Part shown: positions 1 through 8,901 of the stretch, piece by piece | How positions within the stretch are numbered: position 1 is the first letter of the stretch | How the letters are laid out: each line of letters starts with the position of its first letter | IMG/VR virus record: IMGVR_UViG_3300025012_000079 | Location: 4,081-68,080 of that record | Direction: 5' to 3' (one strand) | Length of the DNA: 64,000 nucleotides | Source of the DNA: a virus | Translations under genes and position numbers: made by a program | The notes under the pieces: model-generated | What the model was told of the DNA's origin: nothing | The model's database searches: none | The model's input: only the letters and a program-made list of their open reading frames with translations

Positions 1-53
1 CAAGGGATGGGCGGATAAATGGTATTAAAAACCAACTTAATATGGGGGAAGAG

Positions 54-530
54 ATGAAGAGATTTCTAGGAGTAGCCTTGACCGTTGGCTTGCTGACAAG
101 TTGCACCATAAAGACAGCCGATTATACTATCAATCAGGGCGTTCCTTCTACTTGTGTCCCACAGGTAGCCGGTCAGTATGGAGTAAGTCCCGGACAGAGT
201 GGAGCCGGTTCAACAAATTCTGGTGGTGCAGGAAACACGGTCATCATCATCGAGGACTCTAAGCAGGACTCCAATGCTGACAGTGCACTTGGGGCCTACG
301 GCGGGACAGCTGCAACTGGTGCGATCAAGGACGCGATCAGCAAATTTACGACTGATATGAGCAAAAAGGATTCTGAAAATCCCCAGACAACCACTACTAC
401 TACGACGACTCAAATCAAGGAAGAAGTCAAACCTGTAGAAGTCAAACCTGTAGAAGAAGTTACCGAACCTGAAGGGCTTGAAAATAAAAAACCTATTCCA
501 GGGCAAGGTGAGTTTGAGGAGATTCCATAA
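54..530 (+). CDS. Lipoprotein, unknown function
   Basis: MKRFLGVALTVGLLTS-C signal peptide with lipobox; purine-rich RBS before ATG 54; Thr run and EVKPV repeats at C-terminus. Confidence 0.7.
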   Translation: MKRFLGVALTVGLLTSCTIKTADYTINQGVPSTCVPQVAGQYGVSPGQSGAGSTNSGGAGNTVIIIEDSKQDSNADSALGAYGGTAATGAIKDAISKFTTDMSKKDSENPQTTTTTTTTQIKEEVKPVEVKPVEEVTEPEGLENKKPIPGQGEFEEIP

Positions 531-1213
531 TGCCTACCTGTCCGAAGTGCAATCACACATGGTCTGACGTTCCAAGTCCTGATATCAAGCCATTTCCCTA
601 CAAGGTGACATGGGAGAACGACAGCGATCAGGGCAACGGTGCAGCTTGCATTTTGTTTCGCACCCTGAAAGATTCAGATGTTACATCTGTTACGGTCAAT
701 AATGAATCGGCTCGGAAAGGTAAGCCATATAAGGGTTGTCCGGTATTTCTGATGAGTAAGCCTGGAGATCAGTATGAACGTCCATTAGTCATGGTGATCG
801 TAATGGCAAATGGTCAGAAATATTCTTTCGTAGCTGGAGCCTCAGGAGAAACACCATCAGGACCTATACCAACTGGCGAATACGAGCACAAGGCGACCTA
901 TACCAGTTACGGGGTTCGCAATCAGGGTCGGCAGGCATGGCGAATTCCAAAGAGCGGCAAAGATTTAGGACCAGGTCCGATCAAGTTTGTTTTTACTTCT
1001 GGGAAAACCTTCAGCGTCAAGAACCCCTTGAAAAATTGCCGCGACCAAGAGAATTGTAGTCGAAACTCGAAAGCATCTATGTATGGTTTTGTTTATAAGC
1101 CTGGCATTGGGGCAAATGGAGATGGTGATGATAATACAGGAACCTCACATGGAGGTATTTATCTACATGCTCCATTTGGAGACAGCAGCAAGACTGTAAC
1201 GATGTATTGGTAG
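530..1213 (+). CDS. Hypothetical protein (N-terminal CxxC)
   Basis: 227-aa ORF coupled to upstream stop (TAATG). Confidence 0.6.
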   Translation: MPTCPKCNHTWSDVPSPDIKPFPYKVTWENDSDQGNGAACILFRTLKDSDVTSVTVNNESARKGKPYKGCPVFLMSKPGDQYERPLVMVIVMANGQKYSFVAGASGETPSGPIPTGEYEHKATYTSYGVRNQGRQAWRIPKSGKDLGPGPIKFVFTSGKTFSVKNPLKNCRDQENCSRNSKASMYGFVYKPGIGANGDGDDNTGTSHGGIYLHAPFGDSSKTVTMYW

Positions 1214-1216
1214 TTT

Positions 1217-1441
1217 GTGCCTAAGATTTACCTTTACTTTCTGGAGGGAGAGATGAGGGTGATTGCGGAAGACAGTTTGCAGTTGTTCAAGAAAAATGAC
1301 GAAGGTTTGCATTTTGTCAAGGATCGGTACTGCAAGGAACCTGGACCATGTTTCTCATTCGATGATCATGGTAGAGCCGGTATAAGTTGTGAATGCTTTC
1401 GTTATCAACCAACAGGTGTAAAGATATGTATCAAATTATAA
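1217..1441 (+). CDS. Hypothetical protein
   Basis: 74-aa ORF filling the gap in a tight operon. Confidence 0.4.
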   Translation: MPKIYLYFLEGEMRVIAEDSLQLFKKNDEGLHFVKDRYCKEPGPCFSFDDHGRAGISCECFRYQPTGVKICIKL

Positions 1442-1893
1442 TACTTTTTATTCTACTTGCTGTTTCAACTGCTCATGCCAAGCCTGCGACGGTCGTTAGT
1501 GTCATTGATGGTGATACAATTAAAGTTGTTGATGAGACTGGCCTAACAACTGTTCGGCTTTATGGTATTGATTCTCCTGAAAAGAAACAAGCCTTTGGTC
1601 TTGCAGCCAAGGATTTTGTTGAGGTCATGATCAAGGGTAAGGTTGTTGCTGTTACTCCTGTTGATGTTAAGCATTATGATCGTTATGGACGAACAGTTGC
1701 AGTTGTTATGCTCGGAACGCAATGTGTACAGGAGCAGCTTTTGCTTGCTGGTTATGCTTGGGTTTATCCACAATATTGTAAGAAGTCATTTTGTCAAGCA
1801 TGGGAAAAGCTTCAAGGTATTTCTGCTGGCAATCGTGTTGGGCTGTGGTCTGGTCCTGCTCCGGTGCAGCCTTGGATATGGAGGAAGAAATGA
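1426..1893 (+). CDS. Thermonuclease (SNase-like), secreted
   Basis: VIDGDT, RLYGIDSPE, DRYGRTVA, GYAW, GLW motifs; signal peptide from ATG 1426. Confidence 0.92.
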   Translation: MYQIIILFILLAVSTAHAKPATVVSVIDGDTIKVVDETGLTTVRLYGIDSPEKKQAFGLAAKDFVEVMIKGKVVAVTPVDVKHYDRYGRTVAVVMLGTQCVQEQLLLAGYAWVYPQYCKKSFCQAWEKLQGISAGNRVGLWSGPAPVQPWIWRKK

Positions 1894-2438
1894 ATTTTGT
1901 CAAACTGTCTCATTATGGAGCTGACCTTACTGTTCCAGAGTTTTTAGTTCCACTCTGGCCACATGATTTACCTCCTGAGAAGTGGCCTTCATTTCTTGGT
2001 GCTGGACAAGGATGGGGAGATAAGATAGTTCCTGATCATTTTGGCAAGGCTAGGCTTAATCCTGCAGGACTTTGTCATGATGTAGAATGGGCCTGTTCAG
2101 TAAAGAATTTGAGTGCTTTTTTGGGTGCTAATGGTCGGTTCTTCTTGAATTGTGTATCACTTATTCTTGCTTCAGATATGGATGTATGGCCAAAGATAAA
2201 GACTATGATTTTTGTCAGTGGACTGTATCTTACGGCAGTAAGTACAATGGGAATCTTGTTCTTTTCTTGGTTTATTAAGAATCGTGAGGAAGATGTTGAT
2301 CCTTTGCAGAATCCTATTGTAAAAGATCGATTAAGAAGATTAGCGATAGCGAGGAATAATCACTGGGCGAAGATCCTTGACACTCGGTTACCTGATAATG
2401 AAGATGCTCTTTATAAAGACGATGAAAGGACAATATAA
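1890..2438 (+). CDS. Hypothetical membrane-associated protein (HD motif, DUF1353-like?)
   Basis: ATGA overlap with nuclease stop, GGAGG RBS; GLCHD..AN..F pattern; hydrophobic segment. Confidence 0.5.
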   Translation: MNFVKLSHYGADLTVPEFLVPLWPHDLPPEKWPSFLGAGQGWGDKIVPDHFGKARLNPAGLCHDVEWACSVKNLSAFLGANGRFFLNCVSLILASDMDVWPKIKTMIFVSGLYLTAVSTMGILFFSWFIKNREEDVDPLQNPIVKDRLRRLAIARNNHWAKILDTRLPDNEDALYKDDERTI

Positions 2439-2791
2439 TGACTGAAGAAGTTGACATATATGCCGGACACAGTTATGGGGACCGAGCAGGATCTAGACGG
2501 AGATATAATCTTACAAATGAAGATCTTGAAGCAATCACTGCTATTATCGAGGCTGTAGTTTATAAACAGCAACATACTGATGAGCAATGCAGATTTGCGG
2601 CTATCCAGCCGGGTGATCTCAAGGCAATGGTTGATGCGCATAAGAAATTCACTCTCATGATGGATGATAATAGAACAGTAGTCAGAAGGTTTTTTCTTGT
2701 TCTTATTTTGACTGGAGTAGCAGGAACGACGGTATATGGATATTGGGCAAAGTTTGTTGATGCAGTTAAAAAAGTAACTACTGGCGGATGA
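2438..2791 (+). CDS. Single-TM protein, holin candidate
   Basis: One C-terminal TM helix (FFLVLILTGVAGTTVYGYW); upstream of the hydrolases. Confidence 0.45.
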   Translation: MTEEVDIYAGHSYGDRAGSRRRYNLTNEDLEAITAIIEAVVYKQQHTDEQCRFAAIQPGDLKAMVDAHKKFTLMMDDNRTVVRRFFLVLILTGVAGTTVYGYWAKFVDAVKKVTTGG

Positions 2792-2794
2792 TAT

Positions 2795-3520
2795 ATGATA
2801 CTTAAAGATGGTAGTGAAACTCAAGATCCTCGTTGTGGCTTGATCTTTCAAGCTGATCCTACTGCACCGAATCTTCTTGCTGTCCCACCGATTGATGATG
2901 GTATTGATCTGCGATATCGAGAGTTAATCAGTAAGTATCGAGTAAAGAAATTCAAGGAGCCTTTGCTTAATCAGGGTGATTGGAGTGCTTGTGGTGGATT
3001 TGGATTTGCAGCATTTCTTGAGCATGAACCTGGGATAAGAACTCTTGGAGATGAATGGGCTCTTGAATTTTACTTTAGATGTCAAGATAATGATCAGTGG
3101 CCTGGTTCTGAACGGCCTGGATCGAAGCCAATTAGTTATGGAACTTCTCTTGCAGCCGTAATGCAAACTGCAAAGCAGGAAGGATTAATTGAGTCGTATT
3201 GTCGAGCACGGACTGTTGATGAAGTGATTCGCGGAATTGCTTATTATGGTTCAGCGATACTTGGGCTTGAATGGACTGAGGGTATGATGTATCCGCGAGA
3301 AGTGGATGGATTGAGTACTCCTGGTGGAGAAGTAGTTGGTGGACATTGTTCAGCAGCTACCTTTGTTAATCTATATCATCGAATCATCGGAGGCCCAAAC
3401 TCATGGCCATTGTGGAATCGTATTCGTGGTGGATATTGGGTGATGGATCTTGATGACTTTGCTGAAGTGTTTATGAAGCGCGGTGGAGAATGTGCTTTTG
3501 CAAGGAAGGTGGTGAGTTAA
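2795..3520 (+). CDS. Papain-like (C1) cysteine peptidase
   Basis: NQGDWSACGGF (Gln, Cys), GGHC (His), NSW (Asn), GYW. Confidence 0.8.
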   Translation: MILKDGSETQDPRCGLIFQADPTAPNLLAVPPIDDGIDLRYRELISKYRVKKFKEPLLNQGDWSACGGFGFAAFLEHEPGIRTLGDEWALEFYFRCQDNDQWPGSERPGSKPISYGTSLAAVMQTAKQEGLIESYCRARTVDEVIRGIAYYGSAILGLEWTEGMMYPREVDGLSTPGGEVVGGHCSAATFVNLYHRIIGGPNSWPLWNRIRGGYWVMDLDDFAEVFMKRGGECAFARKVVS

Positions 3521-3921
3521 TGGATATAACACAATCCCTGTTTTGGCTAACTTTGACAATCTATCATGAGGCTAGAGGTGAATCAGTTGTTGGCCAGAAA
3601 GCAGTTGCCAAGGTTATTCTCAATCGGGCGAAGAAAAATAACTGGCCAGTGTCAAATGTTGTGCTGTCGCGGAAACAATTCAGTTGTTTTAACTTGGGGC
3701 TAGATCATCCATCTGTTTGGATTAGAAATGTTGTCACAGCAGCAAAGGTATTGGAAAATGCTCAGGCAGGACTCAATGAATGGCTGGCTGGTGATACACT
3801 TTATGGAGCAACACATTATTACGCTTTATTGGGTATGCCTAATCATCAACCTCCATATTGGGTCAAAGGTATGAAATTCATTGTTGAGATCAAAGGGCAT
3901 CGTTTTTATCGTGAAGGATGA
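3520..3921 (+). CDS. SleB-family cell wall hydrolase (endolysin)
   Basis: TIYHEARGE, AVAKVILNR, QFSC, GATHYY, GHRFY. Confidence 0.9.
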   Translation: MDITQSLFWLTLTIYHEARGESVVGQKAVAKVILNRAKKNNWPVSNVVLSRKQFSCFNLGLDHPSVWIRNVVTAAKVLENAQAGLNEWLAGDTLYGATHYYALLGMPNHQPPYWVKGMKFIVEIKGHRFYREG

Positions 3922-3959
3922 GTTGCTTAACTGGTTTTAATGTTTAATGAGAGTAAATA

Positions 3960-4199
3960 ATGTCATATAAACCTGGTGATTATTTAGTAATCTGTGATCA
4001 ATGCGGCTTCCAAAGATATGCATCTGAATGCCGAATGACTTGGGATAAGTTGTTTGTTTGTGCTGATACATGCTGGGAAGAAAAGCATCCACATTATACT
4101 GATCCGAAGCCGTTAGGCGAGAAGCAAAGTGTTCCTGTGCATAGGCCTGAACCTGAAGAAAATTTTATAACTACACCAATAACTCCAGATGATCTTTAA
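3960..4199 (+). CDS. Small Cys-rich phage protein
   Basis: CDQCGF...C...CWEEKHP..HRPE pattern typical of phage structural operons. Confidence 0.6.
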   Translation: MSYKPGDYLVICDQCGFQRYASECRMTWDKLFVCADTCWEEKHPHYTDPKPLGEKQSVPVHRPEPEENFITTPITPDDL

Positions 4200-4207
4200 G
4201 GCTACTT

Positions 4208-4876
4208 ATGACTACTTTTAGTGAATTAAAAAGTAAAGCTGATGTTCTTGTTGCTGATCCTTCTTTGACTGCTTCTTTAGGTGGTTTTATTAATCAAGGA
4301 GTTTCTGAGATTGCAGGTGGAATGCCATCATTGTTAGATGGAATTGAGAATCCAATACCGAATGCACTTACTCCACCATTACCAGAATTATTTACTATAG
4401 GTACTGTAGCAACTTCAACTACAGCTGCTTATGTAGCTATGCCTACTAATTTTCATCGAGATTTGCAGTTAGTAGTTTCGCCTACAGGAAGTGAGATTGA
4501 TATAGCACATTCGTTTATTGAGTTTGCAGAAACTTATCCGCTGCTGAATAAGGCAGGAAGAATTTCTGAGGCTATTGAACACGGACGGAAATTATATTAT
4601 CAAGGTATTCCTACAAGTGCTGAAACATTAACATTGCATTATTATAGAAAACCTGTTGATATGGTTCTTGATGCTGATGTTCCTGATGGAATTCCTTCTC
4701 ATTTACATATATCTTTGTTAGTGAATTTTGCTGCATGGAAAGCTTGGGAACATATTGAAGATGGTATTGAGGGCGAAACACCAAATACTACTAGATTTAA
4801 AAACAGTTTTCTTAGTGCTATGAGAACACTTGAATTAACAATTCCATCTTATACTCGTGGATTAGCTCTTAGGTAA
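4208..4876 (+). CDS. Putative head-tail adaptor / tail tubular protein A-like
   Basis: Size, position, MPTNF and YYRKP..IPSHLH pattern. Confidence 0.55.
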   Translation: MTTFSELKSKADVLVADPSLTASLGGFINQGVSEIAGGMPSLLDGIENPIPNALTPPLPELFTIGTVATSTTAAYVAMPTNFHRDLQLVVSPTGSEIDIAHSFIEFAETYPLLNKAGRISEAIEHGRKLYYQGIPTSAETLTLHYYRKPVDMVLDADVPDGIPSHLHISLLVNFAAWKAWEHIEDGIEGETPNTTRFKNSFLSAMRTLELTIPSYTRGLALR

Positions 4877-4880
4877 TGTT

Positions 4881-5840
4881 ATGAAACTTTCAATAATCAA
4901 GGGTTCTTCTGGATTACGAACACAGCCAGATCCATCGCGTTCTCCATATTCTCAGGGACAAGGTGGATTTCCTGGACAACTAGGGCTGGTTGATCTTGCT
5001 GCTTGCATGAACATCGACATTACTGATGGCAACATGATCATGCGGAGACGAGGAACTGTTAAGCGTGTTCCTGAGAATGCTCATTCAATTTATCAGATTG
5101 GCCAGTATTGTTTGTTCGTGATAGATAATGGTTTGTGGTTACTTAAGCCAGGGTTTTCTGGGTATGTGCAGATTGCTACCATTACGCCTGCTCCGGTCTG
5201 TTGTGAAGTGGTGGACGGTATTGGTTATTGGAGCAATGGAATACAGAAAGGCAAGATTGTAAATGGAGTTAATCAGCTTTGGGTAAAAGCAGCAACAGTT
5301 TATTCTAACAATCAAACAAGAATATATGAAGACCCGCCGACTGGGAATATTCTAGGATATTGGAATGGTCGAATGTATGTGGCTGGTATAGCTGAAGATC
5401 GAAAGATTGTCAGGTATTCAGAAGCATATGGTCCTGATCTGTTTGCTCCGGCAGATGGATACTTGTCGCTTGAATCTGCAGTAACGATGGTTCGTCCTGT
5501 CGATGGTGGGATTTATATTTCTGAATCAGATAAGACACATTTTGTTTCAGGAGATCAGTTAAAACCAGATTGGAAAGTGGTTGATAATCATCCTGCTTTG
5601 TCGTGGTCAAGCAAGCCAGCAGTTGGGGCAATGTCCATGGGCCAGGATGGAAATTATGTTTGGCAGCCTGGAGGTAAGACTGAGGTTGCTTTCTGGTTGA
5701 CTAATCAAGGCATTATGTTCGGTGATGCATCAGGCAATGTAACAAACATTACGGAGGGAAAAATTAACTTGATTCCTCCTTATACATCAGGTGCGATCCT
5801 CATTGATGGATCAACCTTACTCGCGCAGTTCATCAAATAA
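4881..5840 (+). CDS. Putative tail nozzle/stabilisation protein
   Basis: NIDITDG..RRRG, WNGRMYVA, RYSE beta-rich pattern following the adaptor. Confidence 0.5.
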   Translation: MKLSIIKGSSGLRTQPDPSRSPYSQGQGGFPGQLGLVDLAACMNIDITDGNMIMRRRGTVKRVPENAHSIYQIGQYCLFVIDNGLWLLKPGFSGYVQIATITPAPVCCEVVDGIGYWSNGIQKGKIVNGVNQLWVKAATVYSNNQTRIYEDPPTGNILGYWNGRMYVAGIAEDRKIVRYSEAYGPDLFAPADGYLSLESAVTMVRPVDGGIYISESDKTHFVSGDQLKPDWKVVDNHPALSWSSKPAVGAMSMGQDGNYVWQPGGKTEVAFWLTNQGIMFGDASGNVTNITEGKINLIPPYTSGAILIDGSTLLAQFIK

Positions 5841-5852
5841 AGGAGATGTACA

Positions 5853-6584
5853 ATGGCAATTCGGTTTAGCACAGGTTTACGCGACAAAATGTATGGTACA
5901 GGTCGGGCAACCATTCATGCAGCAAAAGCAGCAAACACGATCAGTTTTGACAATGCAACCGGCGAGATTCGGGATTCTGGCAATGGTCTGCTGACCGCAG
6001 GCTTTCTTGTTGGCGATCTGGTCAAGGCATTTGGTACGGCTAATAACAATACCACGTTCACCATCACTGCTGCTTTAGCTGGCGCATTGACCGTTACTCC
6101 GGCACCGACTACGGAAGCAGCGGGTACGATCTTTGCTATCGTTGCAGCCTCTGGTGGAGCACTTCGTGATATTATGCGGAATTTCGTAATGCGTGAGTAT
6201 TCCGGTTCACAACCTGTTACCGCAGATGCCGCTGTCGGAACTGCGACACTACTGGTAGAATATACTAACAACGGCGGGACGTTTGCTCATGGTGCTGCTG
6301 CAAATGGATTGAACTTTGATGTCTCGTCTGCTGGTGTTATCACGACTGCTGCTGCAGAGACTCCTAAAGGTACTGGGCTTGCAAATGGTACTGCTGGTTG
6401 GATTCGACTTTGTGCTAATCCCGCCGATAATGGCCTTCTCTCAACGACTCTTCCGAGAATTGATATGTCGGTCGGCACGACTTCAGGAGTTGACGCTTTG
6501 GTTGCCACGACTGCAATCCAGTTGGGCAAGACCTATTACCTCAACTCCGGTTCGTTCACCTTCCCGTATCAGTATGGGGTGTAA
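5853..6584 (+). CDS. Virion structural protein
   Basis: AAGGAG RBS; Ala/Gly/Thr-rich; YSGSQP..AD, GTAGWIR. Confidence 0.6.
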   Translation: MAIRFSTGLRDKMYGTGRATIHAAKAANTISFDNATGEIRDSGNGLLTAGFLVGDLVKAFGTANNNTTFTITAALAGALTVTPAPTTEAAGTIFAIVAASGGALRDIMRNFVMREYSGSQPVTADAAVGTATLLVEYTNNGGTFAHGAAANGLNFDVSSAGVITTAAAETPKGTGLANGTAGWIRLCANPADNGLLSTTLPRIDMSVGTTSGVDALVATTAIQLGKTYYLNSGSFTFPYQYGV

Positions 6585-6587
6585 TCC

Positions 6588-7028
6588 ATGAGCGCTTCTC
6601 AATTTGCAGTATTCCACACATTCAAGAACAGGTTAGGACAGAAGCTCATTGACCTCGACAGTGACGATATTCGGTGCGCTCTCATTGCTTCGTCCTGGAC
6701 CCCCGATTTGGCGGCACACGCAAACTGGGCGGATATCTCTGCAAATGAGATTTCCAAGGATGGGTACACGGCTGGTGGCCTTGCGGTAACGAATGAGTCT
6801 TGGACAAATTCAGCAGGAACGCAGACGTGGGACTGTGACGACCCAACCTGGACTGCAGGGGCTTCGGGGATTGCTGCTCGGTATGCTGTGTTCTACGACA
6901 ACACCGATGCGAATAAAACCTTAATTTCTTACAGCCTTCTCGACACCACACCGGCAGACCACAGTGTTACCAGCGGGCAGGTATTTTTGATTACGTTGCC
7001 CGCTACTGGAATTTTCCAAATGGCATAA
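6588..7028 (+). CDS. Virion structural protein
   Basis: IDLDSDDIRCAL, GYTAGG, ARYAVFYD pattern of small tail proteins. Confidence 0.6.
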   Translation: MSASQFAVFHTFKNRLGQKLIDLDSDDIRCALIASSWTPDLAAHANWADISANEISKDGYTAGGLAVTNESWTNSAGTQTWDCDDPTWTAGASGIAARYAVFYDNTDANKTLISYSLLDTTPADHSVTSGQVFLITLPATGIFQMA

Positions 7029-7037
7029 GAGGGTCTG

Positions 7038-8417
7038 ATGGGGCACAGATATTGGAGGATATATATAACTGCTGTCGTAGGAAGTTATTCTGCCATTGCG
7101 GAGGTGGAACTGCGTGAGAGCGTAGGAGGGGCGGACCAGACTGGCGCAGGGACTGCCTCTGCAATCAGCTCCTCGGGCGGTGCCGCTGCCAATGCTGTTG
7201 ATGATAACACGACGACCTACTGGCAGACCGCAGCGAAGACAATCGTGCTTTTGCCCCACTGGTGGAAGTATGATTTCGGCAGCGGTGTAGAAAAAGCCTT
7301 GCTTGAGGTGTCAATAACTCCAAGATCAACGGACTACAACCGCGCTCCCGCAGGGTTCAGCATTGACTGGAGTGATGACAATGTAAACTGGGAAACCGCT
7401 GCCTCATTCACTCATACATGGGTCAATGCCTCCGCGCAGGTCTTTTCTTGGATACCTGCCATTACCCCTGCAACTGCTGACTTAACGTTATCCGGGAACA
7501 TCCCTGCAACTGCTGTCGCTCCGTCAACCGAAGACGTAACCATTACAACCGGGACCCCTGTAGCGACAACAGGGGTCGCTGTTTATCCCTCTTCAGAGGA
7601 ACTTGTATTTACCGGGCAGACTCCGACTGTTTCGGTTGACGTTTCGCCCCGCCCATCAACGGGGCTGATGCGGATTACCGCGCAGACTCCGCTTATCGAA
7701 CAGTTCATGGAGATTGCCGGGACGACTCCGAATATGCGGGGGGCTTTCTTATTTGCCGATACCGTAGAGTTTTCCGGCAACACGGCGCAGATGCAGGGGG
7801 ATTGGGCGTTTGTCTATCCGCACGACTTCGCCGGGGAGACTCCTGCTTCGGCTGGTGTATTTGAGTTCGGCATGGAAATCTCAGGGGAAACGCCTGCCTC
7901 GACCGGCGCGTTCGTCCTTGAGGAAATCCAGTATGCCGACTTCATGGGCAATACTCCGGTTATGCAAGGAGCTTTTGAATTTGGTGCTGAGTTTTCTGGT
8001 AAGACTCCAGTCATGCAAGGAGCGTTTGAGTTAGAAGAAGAAAACTGGGGATCATTCTCTGGCAAGTCTCCAGCAATGTTGGGCAGTTTTGATATTGAAC
8101 AAGCGATAAACTTTGCAGGTTTTTCTCCTGCAATGGAAGGTGCGTTCACTGGTGATTATGAACAGTATGGATCTTTCTCTGGAACGACTCCTGCTATGGA
8201 TGGATCGTTTGATTTTCTTGTCAGTGAATTTTCATTCTCTGGACTAACTCCTGAAATGGATGGTGCGTTTGTTATTGGAGAAGAAACAACAATGGTTTTC
8301 TCTGGTAATACTCCACCATCTGTAGGTGAATTTTTTATTGGAGTTGATTTGCCAACAGATTTTACTACAACCTCAGACGAAATAATCAGATATAGGCGCG
8401 GATATGACAACGGTTAA
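7038..8417 (+). CDS. Tail fibre/appendage: discoidin (F5/8 C)-like domain plus tandem repeats
   Basis: HRYWRIYIT, NAVDD..TYW, WWKYDFG, WSDDNVNW; then FSGxTPxMxGxF repeats. Confidence 0.7.
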   Translation: MGHRYWRIYITAVVGSYSAIAEVELRESVGGADQTGAGTASAISSSGGAAANAVDDNTTTYWQTAAKTIVLLPHWWKYDFGSGVEKALLEVSITPRSTDYNRAPAGFSIDWSDDNVNWETAASFTHTWVNASAQVFSWIPAITPATADLTLSGNIPATAVAPSTEDVTITTGTPVATTGVAVYPSSEELVFTGQTPTVSVDVSPRPSTGLMRITAQTPLIEQFMEIAGTTPNMRGAFLFADTVEFSGNTAQMQGDWAFVYPHDFAGETPASAGVFEFGMEISGETPASTGAFVLEEIQYADFMGNTPVMQGAFEFGAEFSGKTPVMQGAFELEEENWGSFSGKSPAMLGSFDIEQAINFAGFSPAMEGAFTGDYEQYGSFSGTTPAMDGSFDFLVSEFSFSGLTPEMDGAFVIGEETTMVFSGNTPPSVGEFFIGVDLPTDFTTTSDEIIRYRRGYDNG

Positions 8418-8901
8418 AGTTAATCTTAGAAATGGGGCAGTTACTCAGCATTCATATCCTGCTGCTTTCAACTCGTTTACCATGTTTGAAGGCAGACCAT
8501 TAGGTGCAAGTCCTGATGGAATATTTACTTTGGATGGTGGGTTGAAAGATGTTTATACTACCACTTCGGATGAACGAAGCATTTCGGCTTGGTTTGAACT
8601 TGGACCATCTCAACTTGGTGATGATCATGTGAAGCAGGGCAGAAAGTTATATCTTGGAGGAGAATTTACTGGAAGTATGACAATCAAGGTGGATACCCCC
8701 AAGGCGTACGTTCCGACTATGACTTATACTGTGACTCCAAGAGATACAACTCTCGTACAGCATACACTTGAAGTTCCTATAAGTAGCAAGCAGAAAGATG
8801 AATACTGGAAGATTACAGTCGCTAATGTTGCTGGGTCTGACTTTTCGATAGACTTTATTGATGGAATTTTTGTTCTGGTCAATCGTAGGCATGGTTTATG
8901 A
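8404..8901 (+). CDS. Putative tail protein
   Basis: 165-aa ORF overlapping both neighbours. Confidence 0.55.
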   Translation: MTTVKVNLRNGAVTQHSYPAAFNSFTMFEGRPLGASPDGIFTLDGGLKDVYTTTSDERSISAWFELGPSQLGDDHVKQGRKLYLGGEFTGSMTIKVDTPKAYVPTMTYTVTPRDTTLVQHTLEVPISSKQKDEYWKITVANVAGSDFSIDFIDGIFVLVNRRHGL

